Below are positions 25,434-28,291 of a stretch of DNA of 28,291 bases, piece by piece (position 1 is the first letter of the stretch; each line of letters begins with the position of its first letter). The stretch covers positions 1 through 28,291 of the IMG/VR virus record IMGVR_UViG_3300007985_000050; one strand, 5' to 3'. The notes under the pieces were generated by a model. It was not told the origin of the DNA and made no database searches. It saw only the letters and a list, made by a program, of their open reading frames with translations. Origin of the DNA: a virus. Lineage: Duplodnaviria; Caudoviricetes. The position numbers and the translations under genes were made by a program.

Positions 25434-27212
25434 ATGAGTTATACAGAACAAATTAGAAGAGTTGAATATATTGCTAATGGAATCACCAGTGATTTTGTGG
25501 TAAGTTTTGATTGTACAAATAAAAATGATATTTCTGTTTATGTAGATAGTGTTCAACAAATAGTTGATGTTAATTTTTCTGTCACATTTGATGTTAATGG
25601 GTTAGCTGATTATATTACTCTTTTTATTACACCATCAAATAATTCAATAGTTATTATTCAATCAAATGTTTTAATTAATAGAGCAACTGATTTTAATAAT
25701 AATACAAGAATTAAAAGTTCTGCATTAAGTGTTGAATTTGATAGATTATACAGTTTAATTGATGAATTAAAAGAAAGATTAGATAAAAAAGTTGGGTATA
25801 ATGAAGCAATTATTACTTCTGCAAGTAATATAATGCCAAATGCTCAAGAAGGATTTGTTATTGGGTGGGAAAATAATCAATTAGTTAATTTACCATCAAC
25901 ACTTGTAAGTGCAGCTATTCAATTACCAAATATTGGTGGTAGTGATTCAAGTAAAGTAATATCTGTTAATTTAGCTTCAAATGGTTATGAATTATCAACT
26001 TTAACAGACAAATATACTACTTCAGCATGGGTTAGTTCAAGATTTACAACATCAGCATATGTTAGTGCTAATTTTGGTGCTATTGGAAGAAGTATTAATT
26101 TTGTCACACCAGAACAATTTGGTGCAGTTGGTGATTCAACTGTTGATGATACTACTGCTGTTGTTGCTGCTTTAGCTACTGGTAAGATTGTAATATTAAA
26201 TGGATTATACAGAACTACCAGCACAATATCTGTTGAATTAAGTGCAGGAAGAAGAAGTTTAAGTATTTTTGGTGCTGGCAAACAACAAAGTGGATTTTAT
26301 ATTACCCATTCTGCTGTGGGTTTTGATATTACCATGAAAGATGTTTTTGTACCAATTGGACAATTTGCTCAAGATATTTGTTTAAGAGATTTCAGCATTG
26401 TATCAAATGGAGCTCATGATGCAGGTGTTGGTATTAAAGTAAGTGGGCAACCAGGTATTGGTAGCAGTGACCCAACATTTAGAATTGATAATGTTGCCAT
26501 AAGACCAAATTCAACATCACATTATTTTGCCAAAGGTATGCAATTAAATAATATTAGAAATGGTACAATCAGCAATTGTGATGTTTTTGGATATTGGAAT
26601 TTTTATAATGGTACTGGTATTGAATTAGCTGCTGTTGGCAGTGCTGCTCCAATTCATATTCATATAACAGATTGTAATATATCAAATTGGGATTCTGGTA
26701 TTAGATTATTGCCAGCTAATGTTGGTCAAACAACCAGTGATATACAGGGTGTTCATATAAGAGGCAATAATATTATTGCTGTTAACAGAGGAATTTATGC
26801 TGAAACAACAGACAAACAAAGTGATCAAATAATGATAAATGAAAATCACTGTAATTTTAGAGTATCTGGTATACAAATTGAAGATTGGAAAAGAGTATTT
26901 GTTGATAATAATTTCTTATTAGCAAATGGTACAGTAAGTGCCAGCACTGCTCATGGTATATTGTTAATAACAAACAGTGTTAATTCAATATATGGGTTTG
27001 TAAGTAATAATTGTGTGGATTTTAGCAGCCCAACAAATGTAAGTTCAGATGAAAGAGGAATAAGAGTCATTCAAGTTGGTGGTGCTGCAAGAGTATTAGT
27101 AAATAACAATATGATTATTACAGCAGATATAGCATATGAATTACCTGCTGATAATATATTAACAACAAGTGCTGTATCAGTAATTGGTGGAATCAATAAT
27201 TATTCAGCTTAA
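25434..27212 (+). CDS. Tail spike 2: anchor domain plus right-handed beta-helix (putative polysaccharide depolymerase)
   Basis: Paralogous anchor; FVTPEQFGAVGDSTVDDTTAV pectate-lyase-3-type start; repeated ISNC/ITDCNI/IRGNNI/VDNN strands. Confidence 0.88.
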   Translation: MSYTEQIRRVEYIANGITSDFVVSFDCTNKNDISVYVDSVQQIVDVNFSVTFDVNGLADYITLFITPSNNSIVIIQSNVLINRATDFNNNTRIKSSALSVEFDRLYSLIDELKERLDKKVGYNEAIITSASNIMPNAQEGFVIGWENNQLVNLPSTLVSAAIQLPNIGGSDSSKVISVNLASNGYELSTLTDKYTTSAWVSSRFTTSAYVSANFGAIGRSINFVTPEQFGAVGDSTVDDTTAVVAALATGKIVILNGLYRTTSTISVELSAGRRSLSIFGAGKQQSGFYITHSAVGFDITMKDVFVPIGQFAQDICLRDFSIVSNGAHDAGVGIKVSGQPGIGSSDPTFRIDNVAIRPNSTSHYFAKGMQLNNIRNGTISNCDVFGYWNFYNGTGIELAAVGSAAPIHIHITDCNISNWDSGIRLLPANVGQTTSDIQGVHIRGNNIIAVNRGIYAETTDKQSDQIMINENHCNFRVSGIQIEDWKRVFVDNNFLLANGTVSASTAHGILLITNSVNSIYGFVSNNCVDFSSPTNVSSDERGIRVIQVGGAARVLVNNNMIITADIAYELPADNILTTSAVSVIGGINNYSA

Positions 27213-27221
27213 GGAATTTAA

Positions 27222-28291
27222 ATGAGTTATACAGATGAAAATACAAAAATACAGTATATCAGTGTAAGTGGTCAAACAGCATACACAGTTCCATTTACTG
27301 TTTATCAAACTTCAGACATTCAAGTTTGGAAAAACAGTTCTGAGTTGATTGATTTAACTGATTATAATGATGTTTTAAATGTTGATAATGAAATAAGTTC
27401 AATTACACTTGTTGTTCCTGCAACTACAGGTGATGTTATTACCATATTAAGAAATACTGAAGTTAACAGAGCAACAAATTTTACAAACAATATTAAAATA
27501 TCAACCAATTCATTAAACACTGAATTTAACAGAATATATAGAAAATTAGATGAACTTGGTGATAAACAAAGTCTCAAGTTTGCTGATTATTCAACTGCTT
27601 CAGCAGCTTTAATATTGCCAGAACCTCAATCAAACAAATGGTTAGTTTGGAATTCAGCCCAAACTGCCTTAGTTAACAGTACTATAACTTTATCTGATTT
27701 AGGTGATTTAAGTGGCAATTTGCAGGAAGATTATGAAGAATACAGTGCTTTTTTAAGTTCACAAACTGTCACACACATAATCAATTTAAATGATGAATAC
27801 ACAGAATTAAATTTAGCATTAACTTCAACTGGAACTTTTTATATAAATGAAGTAAGTGCTGTTGGACAAAGTTTTATTGATTTATTTCAAAACAGCCAAT
27901 ATGCTCAATTAAGTGCTATAAACACTTTTACAAACCCCATAATCAGCACTGCACCCAATAATTTAGCAACAAATTCTATGCCAATAACAATTGGTGAAAA
28001 TGGAAACAGAGGTATTACTGGTATTGGTACTACTCAATTGGGTTTTATAGTTGCTAATGAAATTGCTGCTGCTGTTGGTAGTGCTGGTACAACATTATCA
28101 AACACATATTCCATAGTGACCAGAGAAAAAGGTGATGCAAGATACATGCTAATTGGTGGGTCTGCTGGTGCTGTATTTACAGAAACTTCAGCTGATGCAA
28201 AATACTGGCAAATAACCAAATTAAGCAGTTTAAGTCAATTAAACAATACTCCAGGATATGTTTCAGCAGGTCAATTAACTGCATATGCTAC
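27222..28291 (+). CDS. Tail fibre 3 with anchor domain, truncated by the window end (not in the ORF track)
   Basis: AAGGA SD; MSYTDENTKIQY..YTVPFTVYQTSDIQV..RATNFTNN..LNTEFNRIY..LPEPQSNKWLVWN; frame stays open to the end. Confidence 0.88.
   Translation, partial: MSYTDENTKIQYISVSGQTAYTVPFTVYQTSDIQVWKNSSELIDLTDYNDVLNVDNEISSITLVVPATTGDVITILRNTEVNRATNFTNNIKISTNSLNTEFNRIYRKLDELGDKQSLKFADYSTASAALILPEPQSNKWLVWNSAQTALVNSTITLSDLGDLSGNLQEDYEEYSAFLSSQTVTHIINLNDEYTELNLALTSTGTFYINEVSAVGQSFIDLFQNSQYAQLSAINTFTNPIISTAPNNLATNSMPITIGENGNRGITGIGTTQLGFIVANEIAAAVGSAGTTLSNTYSIVTREKGDARYMLIGGSAGAVFTETSADAKYWQITKLSSLSQLNNTPGYVSAGQLTAYA

Noticed and set aside
1931-28219. Short antisense ORFs in the track nested in long genes (e.g. 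1931-2152, 8921-9127, 14359-14589, 19352-19612, 25985-26281)
   Set aside because: Shadow frames of well-supported genes, with no SD or motifs.
1-28291. Alternative genetic code or Mycoplasma/Spiroplasma host (CpG methylase) as the explanation for CG loss
   Set aside because: TGA acts as stop in ATGA/TTGA overlaps, genes are full length in code 11, and the virion muramidase implies a walled host.
23814-28291. Diversity-generating retroelement as in BPP-1
   Set aside because: No reverse transcriptase and no TR/VR pair in the window; fibre similarity is limited to the N-terminal anchors.

Overview
AT-rich (roughly 30% GC by eye) segment of a tailed phage with a short-tailed (podovirus, epsilon15/BPP-1/T7-supergroup-like) virion module, read in genetic code 11. 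Left part (1-7.0 kb, + strand): a 43-bp palindrome-containing tandem array, a 15-bp array, an iteron/IHF replication origin, an AEP primase coupled to a DUF3987/YfjI-type helicase, small DNA-binding and nuclease genes, a Holliday-junction resolvase and membrane micropeptides. 7.0-18.2 kb (- strand): portal, scaffold, major capsid, decoration, tail adaptor, nozzle, GNAT-like protein and two ejection proteins, one with a muramidase. 18.2-28.3 kb (+ strand): two more ejection proteins and three tandem tail fibre/spike genes, the last one truncated. No terminase, DNA/RNA polymerase, sigma factor or integrase is recognisable in the window. Most unusual points: (1) CG dinucleotides are almost absent (6 found by eye, all inside CCGG or TCGA); (2) an ejection protein carries two inserted clamp-loader-like AAA+ modules; (3) T4-late-promoter-like (T)ATAAATA boxes sit in front of transcription units, which with T4-superfamily-like replication genes suggests possible dependence on a helper phage; (4) the 11-kb head/tail block is inverted; (5) the capsid leader RNA has a possible anti-Shine-Dalgarno switch. 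All family assignments come from motif recognition and gene order; no database searches were run.
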